In this document: in pieces, positions 37,332 to 46,071 of the stretch
Layout of the letters: the number at the start of each line of letters is the position of its first letter
Position numbering within the stretch: the stretch's first letter is position 1
Origin: Alphaproteobacteria bacterium
GTDB lineage: Bacteria; Pseudomonadota; Alphaproteobacteria; RF32; CAG-239
Assembly: GCA_017543835.1 (NCBI GenBank)
Contig: JAFYFJ010000020.1
Coordinates: 36,027 to 100,026 of the forward strand
Direction: 5' to 3'
DNA length: 64,000 nt
Position numbers and translations under genes: made by a program
The notes under the pieces: model-generated
Databases searched by the model: none
The model's input: only the letters and a program-made list of their open reading frames with translations
What the model was told of the DNA's origin: nothing

Positions 37332-39757
37332 ATGAATACGATTTTCTCAACATATTTGTGCGCGGTTTAAGCAATGTTGAAATAGCGGTAGCGATTATCG
37401 GTATTGCCTCGGCGGCCTCGTTTGCGATTTTATTGTCAACCAAATTCGGTAACTGGGTTTTGCCGCAACCGCGTGAATCGCGTGTTTCGGACTTTTTGCC
37501 GTTTCAAAAACTGATGTCGGACGGTGTGACCATTCAGTGCAACAACAATTCCTTTGCCCGAGTATTCCGACTGGACGGCGTCGACTTATCGGCGGCAACG
37601 GCGGAGAAGGTGTATTCGATGATGGAAGCACGAAAAGCGTGGATTGACGATATGGGCAATATGCAGGTTGTCGCCCGCGTGATTACCGTGCGTGACCGTG
37701 ATACTTTGGAAAGCGAAAAACGCGACTTCAATAATCCGCTTTTGGATACGATTTCTCAAATTTGGTTCGAGGGAATGAGCCGAATTTATACCAATAAGCA
37801 CTATGTTGTGCTTTCGGTTGCCGACCGCAAAGATGCGCTCAAAGATTTGAACTATGCCTCGCAAAGTTTGATGTCGACCATGAGCGAATACGGGGTCAGC
37901 CCGATGTATGAAACGGATACCAGCAGCCCGTTGGACAGTCCGTTTTATTTGTTTGCCCATTTGTGCAGTCCGGTATCGTTGCCGACGCCGAAAGTTAATA
38001 CGGCCGAAGGGGCGCGTTTGTGCGAGTTGTTGACGGCCGACCATATTCACTTTACGCGTGAAGAAGGGGTTATCCACTTTTTCTCCGGCGACCACGATTT
38101 ATACGAAATCGCTTTGGGTATTCGCAACAGCGGCGAGGCGATGGACGAGAGTATGATTTATTCGCTGAACGCCATCGACAGCGAGTTGGTGATTTTGCAC
38201 AACATCAGACCGTTGTTCCGTGCCGAAGCGCGTGCGCTTTTGATGCAACAACAACGTATGGCGATGAGCACAAGCTTATCGGCCGGTGTGGTGGAACAAT
38301 ATGCAACGGCTTTGGCATCTATCGACGATAGCGATAACGATTATCAATCGCTGGCGGAATACGCGATGACCATTATTGCCAAAGGTCGAAGCAAAGAGGA
38401 ACTCGATTTTGCCGAATCCGAAGTTCAGAGAATTTGCCGTTCGTTCGGTGTAACGCCGGTGCGTGAGGGCTGGGTGGCACAAGCGGTGTTCTTTACGCAA
38501 TTACCGACATACGACACTTATCCGCGCACTTATCGCTATTTGTCGCGGGTTATCGCGATGGCAATTACGCTTGATAAACCGGCCGGCGGCTTTGGCAAGA
38601 GTGACTGGGGTAACGGCGCGATTACGGTTTTCCGCACCATGAGCGGTTCGGCGTATCGTTTCCAATTCCACGTAAGCAGTGAAGAATCCGCGGTGGCGCA
38701 CTGTTGCATTATCGGTCCGACCGGTCAAGGTAAAACGACTTTGCTGACGTTTTTGGCCGGACAAGCCATGCGGCACGGTGATTTGCGCGTGTTCTTCTTT
38801 GACCGTCACTTGGGTGCACAAATCTTTACGCGCGCGGTCAAAGGCGCTTATGTCGGTTTTGACGGCGATGAAAAGAATGTTTCGCTTAACCCGTTTGACT
38901 GCGCCAATACGGCAGAAAACCGCGCATTTTTACGGCGCTGGCTGAAATCGATTACAATGGTTGACGATGCGCTTGCCGACCGCGAGGTCGCGCGTGCCGT
39001 CACAACGGCGTTTGACTATTTGCGGCCGGAAGAACGGTTGCTGTCAAACCTCTACAAGAGCTGTTTCTCGCCGACCGGCAATATGCGTCGCGAGTTGTAT
39101 CGTTGGGTGAATCCGGACCAATACGGCGCGATTTTCAACGGCACCGACGACAGTTTGGACTTGAAGAGCCGTCGCTTTATGGCGTTTGACTTTACGCATA
39201 TTTTTGAAGATGAAAACTTGGCTCCGGCCGTCATCAGCTATATTATGCACCGTATTCAATCCGAAACCGGCGAAACCGGTGTGCCGTCGCTGATTATGAT
39301 TGATGAAACGGCGCCGATGTTGAAGCACCCGATGTTTAGGGACTACTTTATGATTGGTTTGCAAGAAGGTCGTAAAAAACGGCAAGCATATCTCTGCGCG
39401 TTCCAACAGCCGAACATTGTCGATAAACTCGGCGTCGGCGAGGTGATTCGCGGTCAATGTCAAACCGTTATTTTCTTCCGCAACCCGCAAGCACAGATTG
39501 AAGATTATGCAAACTGGAACTTAACGCAAACCGAGCTCGATTTTATTTTCGGTAAGAGCTATCGTGACTTCCCTTATGCGATTTTGTTATCGCGTCCGGT
39601 GACCGGCGAATCCGTGATTTTGGATGTTGATTTGGGCGGTTTGGGCAAATATTTGCGCTTTTATAACTCCGGCCGCAAAAATGTGTTGCTGGTTCAACAA
39701 CTTATTCAAGAATACGGCGAAGACGGGTTCTTGGAAAAGTATCTGGACATCGCTTAG
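37328..39757 (+). CDS. virB4: T4SS ATPase VirB4
   Basis: 809 aa. Walker A GPTGQGKTT, Walker B SLIMIDETAPML, CagE/TrbE/VirB4-type length and position. Confidence 0.93.
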   Translation: MNEYDFLNIFVRGLSNVEIAVAIIGIASAASFAILLSTKFGNWVLPQPRESRVSDFLPFQKLMSDGVTIQCNNNSFARVFRLDGVDLSAATAEKVYSMMEARKAWIDDMGNMQVVARVITVRDRDTLESEKRDFNNPLLDTISQIWFEGMSRIYTNKHYVVLSVADRKDALKDLNYASQSLMSTMSEYGVSPMYETDTSSPLDSPFYLFAHLCSPVSLPTPKVNTAEGARLCELLTADHIHFTREEGVIHFFSGDHDLYEIALGIRNSGEAMDESMIYSLNAIDSELVILHNIRPLFRAEARALLMQQQRMAMSTSLSAGVVEQYATALASIDDSDNDYQSLAEYAMTIIAKGRSKEELDFAESEVQRICRSFGVTPVREGWVAQAVFFTQLPTYDTYPRTYRYLSRVIAMAITLDKPAGGFGKSDWGNGAITVFRTMSGSAYRFQFHVSSEESAVAHCCIIGPTGQGKTTLLTFLAGQAMRHGDLRVFFFDRHLGAQIFTRAVKGAYVGFDGDEKNVSLNPFDCANTAENRAFLRRWLKSITMVDDALADREVARAVTTAFDYLRPEERLLSNLYKSCFSPTGNMRRELYRWVNPDQYGAIFNGTDDSLDLKSRRFMAFDFTHIFEDENLAPAVISYIMHRIQSETGETGVPSLIMIDETAPMLKHPMFRDYFMIGLQEGRKKRQAYLCAFQQPNIVDKLGVGEVIRGQCQTVIFFRNPQAQIEDYANWNLTQTELDFIFGKSYRDFPYAILLSRPVTGESVILDVDLGGLGKYLRFYNSGRKNVLLVQQLIQEYGEDGFLEKYLDIA

Positions 39758-39808
39758 TTTTTAACGACAAAATTGCCAAAAACCAACATTTTTTCAATAA
39801 CATACAGA

Positions 39809-39857
39809 AAATGTAACAAAAATGTAACATTACATTTATATAAATATATGATATAAT
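39809..39857 (+). promoter_or_regulatory. second copy of the tandem ATGTAACA motif with a promoter-like -35/-10
   Basis: AAATGTAACAAAAATGTAACA (39809-39829), ATTACA (39829-39834), 17-nt spacer, TATAAT (39852-39857). The second half-site forms the palindrome ATGTAA-CA-TTACAT. Confidence 0.5.
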
Positions 39858-39891
39858 TAACTCTAGGGTAAGGATTATATAGGAGGTTATC

Positions 39892-40827
39892 ATGGTGTTC
39901 AAAAAGTGTAAGATGGGGCTTTTAACGATTTTAGTCCTTGTGATAATCTCGGTTGCCGGAAAAGCTTGGTCTTTCCCGTTGCCGACAAACGATTTTCAAC
40001 GCATTGCCTCGAGCGTTCAGGTAGGCATGCAACAGGTTATGCAAATCAAGCAGGAAATTGAGAGCAACCTTAACATAATTAAAGAGATTCAAAACGGCGG
40101 TTATGCGGCGGCGGCGGGTGATTTGTTTGCCAAGATTCAAAACGGCGATTACGACCGTTTCGGCGATAACCTCAAGGGCTTAAAGAGCAGCACCTATGAC
40201 GCAACGCACAGCGCACAAAAGGTTAAAGAGCGCAAAGAAAAAGAAGAAGCAGACCGTCAGGCAAAAGAAAAAGCCGAATTGGAAAAACAAAAAGCCGCCA
40301 AAGAAAAGGGCGATGCCGCGGCGGAAGAATCGCATAAATCCTTCTTCAAACGCGGATATAACTGGATAAAGGATAACCGCCTTGTAACCGATTCGGCGCT
40401 GGGCGCGGTCAATGCGGCAAATAATAACGATTGGAGCAATGTGGTTAACGATGCGGCCAGAAGTGCCGGCGGTGCCATCGGCGGCAGCGACGGTAACGAA
40501 CTCAGCGCGCTCGGCGGTATTGTCAGCTCGGGTATGGATATCGTCGGCAACAGTAATGACTTGGGCGAATTTATTACCAATACGGCGACCAACGGCAAAC
40601 TTACCGATAACCTCAATGTTTTGAATCAAGAACACGAAGCGTTGGAAGCAAAGCTCAAAGAAGCACAAGAACAAGCCGACAGAGAGCAAGCAGAAAGAAT
40701 TAAAGAGCAGATGAAACAGCTTGAAGAAAAAATGGCTCAAGAAAGAAAAGAACAACAGCAAAAAGAATGTCAAGCGTGCAGAAGTCAAAATCCGAATTCG
40801 CCTTGTATTTCGGCGTGCTCGTTCTAG
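39892..40827 (+). CDS. secreted coiled-coil protein, family 1 (paralog of 43299-44756; possible divergent VirB5/TrbJ-like)
   Basis: AGGAGG RBS, signal peptide, helical Q-rich N-terminus, Gly/Ser/Asn-rich middle, coiled-coil, and a terminal CQAC-x9-C-x3-C motif. No TM after the leader. Confidence 0.7.
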   Translation: MVFKKCKMGLLTILVLVIISVAGKAWSFPLPTNDFQRIASSVQVGMQQVMQIKQEIESNLNIIKEIQNGGYAAAAGDLFAKIQNGDYDRFGDNLKGLKSSTYDATHSAQKVKERKEKEEADRQAKEKAELEKQKAAKEKGDAAAEESHKSFFKRGYNWIKDNRLVTDSALGAVNAANNNDWSNVVNDAARSAGGAIGGSDGNELSALGGIVSSGMDIVGNSNDLGEFITNTATNGKLTDNLNVLNQEHEALEAKLKEAQEQADREQAERIKEQMKQLEEKMAQERKEQQQKECQACRSQNPNSPCISACSF

Positions 40828-40845
40828 CTTGAAAGGACTACGGCC

Positions 40846-41502
40846 ATGTTTAGTGTCAAAAATTTAAGCAAGGTAATAATGATTTGTTTGGGTCTGACAT
40901 TTTTTGTCAGCCCGACATCATTTGCCGATGATGCAAATAAAACAAAGCAATCGACAACACCGCAAAAAGAGCCGGATGTGCAATATACCGGTGTTTATCA
41001 AGGCCGACAGCTCATTCCGAACATTATGGCGATTCATTGCAAAATGAATGCGGAAGATGTGGCTAAGGATTTGAACAAACTGGAAGGTTGCCTTCGTCAA
41101 TATATCAAAGAAATGAACAATGAAGAAGTGATGGTGGCGCAAGAGGGCAGAAAAGATTATGAAACCATGGTCTATAGCGTGCTGAACGACCTTCTCGCAG
41201 CGAGTATGACCAAAGCGGCGGCCGTCAACGGTTTTGAAACATCGATAAGGGAATATGTTGACGCCACCAACGATAAATCGGATACCAAATTCAGCACCGA
41301 AACGGCGCTTACGGATACGCTTGCTTTTTCAACCGACATTAAAAACCATCTGCGTGATTTGTATGTTGAGGCGATTAAGTATGAGGTTGTGAAGAATATC
41401 GGTGTCATCACGCCGGATGCGTTTGAAGACGATACGGAAGAAAGCAAAGACGAGTCGAAAGCCGAGCCGGATAAAGATAAAGACAAAGAAAAAGGCAAAT
41501 AA
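40846..41502 (+). CDS. secreted protein, family 2 (paralog of the core of 41530-43260)
   Basis: 218 aa with a signal peptide. The ~150-aa core VQYTGVYQGRQLIPNIMAIHCKMNAEDV...LEGC... is shared with the next ORF. Acidic/Lys tail. Confidence 0.7.
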   Translation: MFSVKNLSKVIMICLGLTFFVSPTSFADDANKTKQSTTPQKEPDVQYTGVYQGRQLIPNIMAIHCKMNAEDVAKDLNKLEGCLRQYIKEMNNEEVMVAQEGRKDYETMVYSVLNDLLAASMTKAAAVNGFETSIREYVDATNDKSDTKFSTETALTDTLAFSTDIKNHLRDLYVEAIKYEVVKNIGVITPDAFEDDTEESKDESKAEPDKDKDKEKGK

Positions 41503-41529
41503 CGGTCGAAAGCAAAAGGAGGAAGAAGC

Positions 41530-43260
41530 ATGAATATACCAATAATATATAAAAACTTGCTCAGAGTATTTGTTATTTGTCTGTGCACCGTGTGCTTAAA
41601 TGCTACTCGGGTTGCGGCGGAATCCGGATTGGGACTTTCGCCGGAAATGCAGGCCGTCAGAACGTGGTTTGAACAAAAGAGACAATCTTTGGGAATAAAT
41701 CATCCGACTGCCGAAGAAAAAAGACAAATCGAAGCCGCTAAAAAAGAATGGGATCAAAAAAGCAAAGCGATGACAGATGATGAATATCAGGAAGCCGTCG
41801 ATGCATGGGCAGATTCATCAGGAATGGCAGCTTGGTCAAAACTTAATCCGTCATCGTCAAGTGATGCCGATGTAATCGCCGCAGACAGTGCGGATTACGT
41901 TTGGAACGAAATAGAATCGTATGCGCAAAATTTGGGAGGACAAGCTAAAAAAGATGATACGGAGGGCGATGGCGGAGAACCGGACGTGTTTGAGGATATT
42001 CCGATAGAAGATTCGTCGACTTCAACACCGGCCGACGCAACTACCGCAACGGCCGAAGCACCGGCTTCGTCTGGTGCCGGACCGGTCATTACGCCGGATG
42101 TGCCGACGAACATTACGCAAACCGTAACACAAAACAATAACGGGAACATAACTCAAGAAACGACAAGTAATTCGGTGCAGTCAACCGGCGGTGCGGGAAT
42201 CGGCACAACGGCCGACGAAGGTGACGGTAAGGCAAAAAGCGATGAAGAACAAGCCGATAATGCGCAAAATAATGACAATAAGAAAGAAGAAGAAAAAGCT
42301 AAAGAAGAAGTAAAATATAGCGGTATGTATAAAGACCGGCAACTTATTCCGGACGCGATGGCCGTTCATTGCGAAATGAATGCGGAAGATGTGGTTAAAG
42401 ACATGAGTCGTCTTGAGGGTTGTATTCGTAAATATGTTACCGATATGCATAATGGCAACGCATCGGAGGCCGCCGAAGGAAAGCAAGTGTATAATGTGTT
42501 GCGCTTTAATGTTTTGAGCGATGCTCTGAAAAAAGGAATCGCCAAGGCCGCGGCCGTCAACGGATATGAAACGGCAATGAACAATTATGCCGAAGCAAGT
42601 GCAAATGCGGAAACACAGTTCGATTCTGAGGCAAACATAAGCAATACGCTTGCGTTTGCGACCGATGTGCAGAACAGTATTCGTGATTTGTATGTCGAAA
42701 GCTTGCGCATTGAAGCCATAAACGGTTTTGGCGAAGTAGACCCGGCATCATTTGCCGATGAAGAAAAGAGCGAAAAAGCCAAGAGTGTCGAAGAGAGCGA
42801 GAAAAAGTCTGACTCTAATGTAACAAATGTGGATACGACGGTTGAAATCGGCGGCGACGGCGAAGAGGTTGATACCGGCGGTGCTGATGAAGATGTAACC
42901 GAAGGCGCCGAAATACCGGAAGGTACTGAGGTGGCCGGCGGCGATGCACAAACCGGCGGAGAAGACGCTACACCGCAAACCAGAACGGTAGAGCCGGTAG
43001 ATGAAAACGACCCGGTTGCAAAAGAACTCGCCGGAAGAAGTGATGAAGATTTGAAAGATTTATATAAAGATGTTCAAAGAGACCAAGAAGAACTAAGCGA
43101 TACCATTTTCAAATTAAAGCAAATAAAAGAAAAATGGCAAAAGCAGAATAAATGGACGGAAGATGAAGAAAAGAGTCTGCAGGCAAAGATAAAAGAATAT
43201 AAGGAAATGCAGGACTATCAGAAGAGTATTGAAAAAGAACTGAATAGAAGAGGCAAATAG
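41530..43260 (+). CDS. secreted protein, family 2, expanded (acidic N- and C-terminal extensions)
   Basis: AGGAGG RBS and signal peptide. The core VKYSGMYKDRQLIPDAMAVHCEMNAEDV...LEGC is ~50% identical by eye to the 40846 ORF. Confidence 0.7.
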   Translation: MNIPIIYKNLLRVFVICLCTVCLNATRVAAESGLGLSPEMQAVRTWFEQKRQSLGINHPTAEEKRQIEAAKKEWDQKSKAMTDDEYQEAVDAWADSSGMAAWSKLNPSSSSDADVIAADSADYVWNEIESYAQNLGGQAKKDDTEGDGGEPDVFEDIPIEDSSTSTPADATTATAEAPASSGAGPVITPDVPTNITQTVTQNNNGNITQETTSNSVQSTGGAGIGTTADEGDGKAKSDEEQADNAQNNDNKKEEEKAKEEVKYSGMYKDRQLIPDAMAVHCEMNAEDVVKDMSRLEGCIRKYVTDMHNGNASEAAEGKQVYNVLRFNVLSDALKKGIAKAAAVNGYETAMNNYAEASANAETQFDSEANISNTLAFATDVQNSIRDLYVESLRIEAINGFGEVDPASFADEEKSEKAKSVEESEKKSDSNVTNVDTTVEIGGDGEEVDTGGADEDVTEGAEIPEGTEVAGGDAQTGGEDATPQTRTVEPVDENDPVAKELAGRSDEDLKDLYKDVQRDQEELSDTIFKLKQIKEKWQKQNKWTEDEEKSLQAKIKEYKEMQDYQKSIEKELNRRGK

Positions 43261-43298
43261 TTTGGTTCAAATAAGGGTTGCATGAAAGGGAGGACAAT

Positions 43299-44756
43299 AT
43301 GAAAAAGAAAATAGCGACATTGGCGGTTGCACTACTGGTCTTATTTCCTAAGACCTCCCGCGCTGATTTGGATGTGCTGTCTATTGTTCAGGATAACTTG
43401 AAAGTCTTTCAAGAAAAAGCAAGCACCATTATTCAGGGTTATGTCGGTATTCAGGTCAATTTGCAGGAAATCGCGCTCAACCGCGATATGCTCGGTGCGT
43501 TGCGGGATACGGTTAAGGACCAGGTGCAGGCAAAAGTTGCCGGCATAATTAATGATGCCAAAGTTGCGGCCGTAGATGGTGCAAAAGAGGTGTTTAACCG
43601 TCAGCTGAGTTCGGTAACCCTTCCGGGACTGAATACTTCTGTCTCGTTGGGCCCTTATACATCGCCGGTTTTGAAGCAAAAAGTGGCAAAATCTTATGTA
43701 AAACGTAAAAATCAAAAAAGCGATGTTGTCGTAAATGTTAAGCAAGATGACCGCAACAACAGAATGATGGTGGAAAATTTAGCCATTATTTATTCTAACG
43801 CTTTGGTTAAGCGCAAACAATTGTTGGGAGAAGCGGCGGAAGATTCCGAAACACCTTCTCCGGCAGAAGCGGTATGTATTTTTCCGAAGCCGACGGCAAA
43901 CGGCGGCAGTGACGGCGGGGACGACAGCTCGGATAATTCCGATGTCAGCATTTTGCAATATCGCTATGTGCAGACGGCGTGCTTTGCCAATTATCGTTGG
44001 CTCGAAATGTTGCGGTTTGAATCGACATATCGCAAGGCATTGAGCGAGCTTTATATGACAACCGGCCGTGTTGATGATATTGCGGAAATTGTCGGAACGG
44101 AAGAAAAAGATATTAACGCCGAGGGCTTGGAGGATATCGGCGCAGAAGTTGTCGGCGAACGCAAGGCGATAGACCTTTTGGCACTCAAAGACCAATGGGA
44201 TAGCGGGAAAAATGCTTTTGAAAGCGGCGATTATGCCGGCGCTTTGTCGGCCGCGGGTGCGGCCTATGGTATCGGGTCGGTTGAAGGCAATCAAAACATT
44301 GCGGATATCGTTAAGACGGGAACAACCGGCGCCGGAAACGTATATAACGCGGCAAAAGACGGTAACTGGGGCGATGTTGTCAACTCAACCGGTCACGCGG
44401 TCGGCGATTCGCTCGGCGGAAATACCGGCAGCGAAATCGGCGCAACCGGAAGCATTATCAGCGGCGGTATGGGCGTTATCTCGTCGGGCGGCAATGCCAA
44501 TGACGTGTTTGATAACTTTATGACAGACGGCAGAATTCAAAGCGGTTTGAGCGATTTCAGCAATTTGGATACAAGTCAGGAAGATGCAATCGAAAAAGCC
44601 AAACAGGAAGAAGCGGAACGGATGCAACAGAAAATGCGTGAAGATATGGCTAAAGCGCAACAAGAAATGAAACAGCAACAATGTCAATCGTGTAAAGCCG
44701 ATGCGGAAAAAGCAGGCAGAGACCCTAACATGAGTTGTTTGGCAACGTGTATGTAA
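43299..44756 (+). CDS. secreted coiled-coil protein, family 1 (paralog of 39892-40827)
   Basis: The ATG at 43299 follows GGGAGGA. Signal peptide, a Gly-rich segment similar to paralog 1, and a terminal CQSC-x14-C-x3-C motif. Confidence 0.7.
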   Translation: MKKKIATLAVALLVLFPKTSRADLDVLSIVQDNLKVFQEKASTIIQGYVGIQVNLQEIALNRDMLGALRDTVKDQVQAKVAGIINDAKVAAVDGAKEVFNRQLSSVTLPGLNTSVSLGPYTSPVLKQKVAKSYVKRKNQKSDVVVNVKQDDRNNRMMVENLAIIYSNALVKRKQLLGEAAEDSETPSPAEAVCIFPKPTANGGSDGGDDSSDNSDVSILQYRYVQTACFANYRWLEMLRFESTYRKALSELYMTTGRVDDIAEIVGTEEKDINAEGLEDIGAEVVGERKAIDLLALKDQWDSGKNAFESGDYAGALSAAGAAYGIGSVEGNQNIADIVKTGTTGAGNVYNAAKDGNWGDVVNSTGHAVGDSLGGNTGSEIGATGSIISGGMGVISSGGNANDVFDNFMTDGRIQSGLSDFSNLDTSQEDAIEKAKQEEAERMQQKMREDMAKAQQEMKQQQCQSCKADAEKAGRDPNMSCLATCM

Positions 44757-44779
44757 CTCATTCGGAAAGGAACAAGACA

Positions 44780-46060
44780 ATGAAGAAAAAATCTTTGAAA
44801 AAATATCTGTCGGCTTTCTGCCTGATGAGTGTGGTATCTTTGGCTGTGTATAATGCGCAGGCATTTATGAAGCTCGACTTTTTTGCGCCTGTGGCCGATA
44901 TCGCCGATAAAATAGGCAAAGTGAAAACAAAAATCGAAACGGTTTATAATACTCAACTCGGAAAGTTAGAGGCCAAAGTTATGAAGGTTGCCGGTCGCGA
45001 AGGTGCTATGATATTCAAATATGTTCAAAACAATGCCGGCGCCATCGTGACCAGTGCCGCCAAAGGTCAGTTTTATGCGGCGGATTATACCGGCAGCGGT
45101 ATGTGGGAGGCCTTAAAATCGGAATTGGGCGATTTAAAGCTTGATTATGCCAAAGCGCAAAGACAACTTTCGGATTATGTTGAATCACGTGAACAGCAAA
45201 AAATTGATAAAAAACAAGCGATGGAAACGGAATTGGCTAAGATGGAGGCGGAACATCAGGCCTTGAACAGAAGTATGAAAGAGCTTGAAAATAAAGGCGA
45301 GCCGATACCGGAAAACGTGCAACAGCGCTTTGTGGAACTCGAAACGGCGATTCCGAAGATGAAGGAAAACATCAAGGTTGTTATGGAAAAAGATGTTACC
45401 GAAAGCGATACTTATAAAAAAATGATGAAGGGGCTTGAGGAAAAGCAACAAAAAGTGAATACTTTGGTGGCCAAAACCTCCGAAGATTCGCTGGTGAATA
45501 TGTTGGGGCAAAAATCGGTAGATTTGTTCAGTAAAAAAGCAGATGAAGAAGAAACGCAAAACTTATACAACAACGGTTTACAAAAGTTTTTCTTGGGCGA
45601 ATACGAGCCGGTTAATCCGGAAAATGTCGAACGAATCATGAAGTTCCGCAAGCAAGAATATTATAAAGCCGTCAAAAACGCGATGGAAACCACCATTACC
45701 ACGCAAACGAGTTTAATTGAAATCGAAGAACGGAGCTTAGGTTGCACCGATGCGGCAACCAACAAGGCGCAAGGTATTTTCGGGGCATCCGGAGCAAGAA
45801 TTTGCGTTGAGTTGCAAAATGCCAAGGTGGCGGCGCGGCAAATGGAACTTTTGTTGGCCGAAATCCGTGTTGAAACAACCAAAGAAATGCAATCTTGGAA
45901 AGATAAATACAAGATGGAAGACTATGGCAAAGATATTACGAAATTTAACTTAGACGACTATGTTATGAAAAAAGATACATTGTTCCGAAAAGCGAAAAAC
46001 AAAGCAAAGTCGGCGATTAATGATAAAATAACAAATTTTGATGTGTCCAGCGGATTTTAG
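44780..46060 (+). CDS. secreted coiled-coil hypothetical protein
   Basis: The ATG at 44780 is preferred. Signal peptide (SLAVYNAQA|F), long E/K/Q-rich helical sequence, no TM. Confidence 0.65.
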   Translation: MKKKSLKKYLSAFCLMSVVSLAVYNAQAFMKLDFFAPVADIADKIGKVKTKIETVYNTQLGKLEAKVMKVAGREGAMIFKYVQNNAGAIVTSAAKGQFYAADYTGSGMWEALKSELGDLKLDYAKAQRQLSDYVESREQQKIDKKQAMETELAKMEAEHQALNRSMKELENKGEPIPENVQQRFVELETAIPKMKENIKVVMEKDVTESDTYKKMMKGLEEKQQKVNTLVAKTSEDSLVNMLGQKSVDLFSKKADEEETQNLYNNGLQKFFLGEYEPVNPENVERIMKFRKQEYYKAVKNAMETTITTQTSLIEIEERSLGCTDAATNKAQGIFGASGARICVELQNAKVAARQMELLLAEIRVETTKEMQSWKDKYKMEDYGKDITKFNLDDYVMKKDTLFRKAKNKAKSAINDKITNFDVSSGF

Positions 46061-46071
46061 GAGGAAATATC

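Noticed and set aside
42811-42830. Extra copy of the ATGTAACA motif inside the 41530-43260 CDS (ctaatgtaacaaatgtgg).
   Set aside because: It is a single half-site only, within coding sequence (SNVTNVD), with no tandem partner at 11-bp spacing. It is probably chance.
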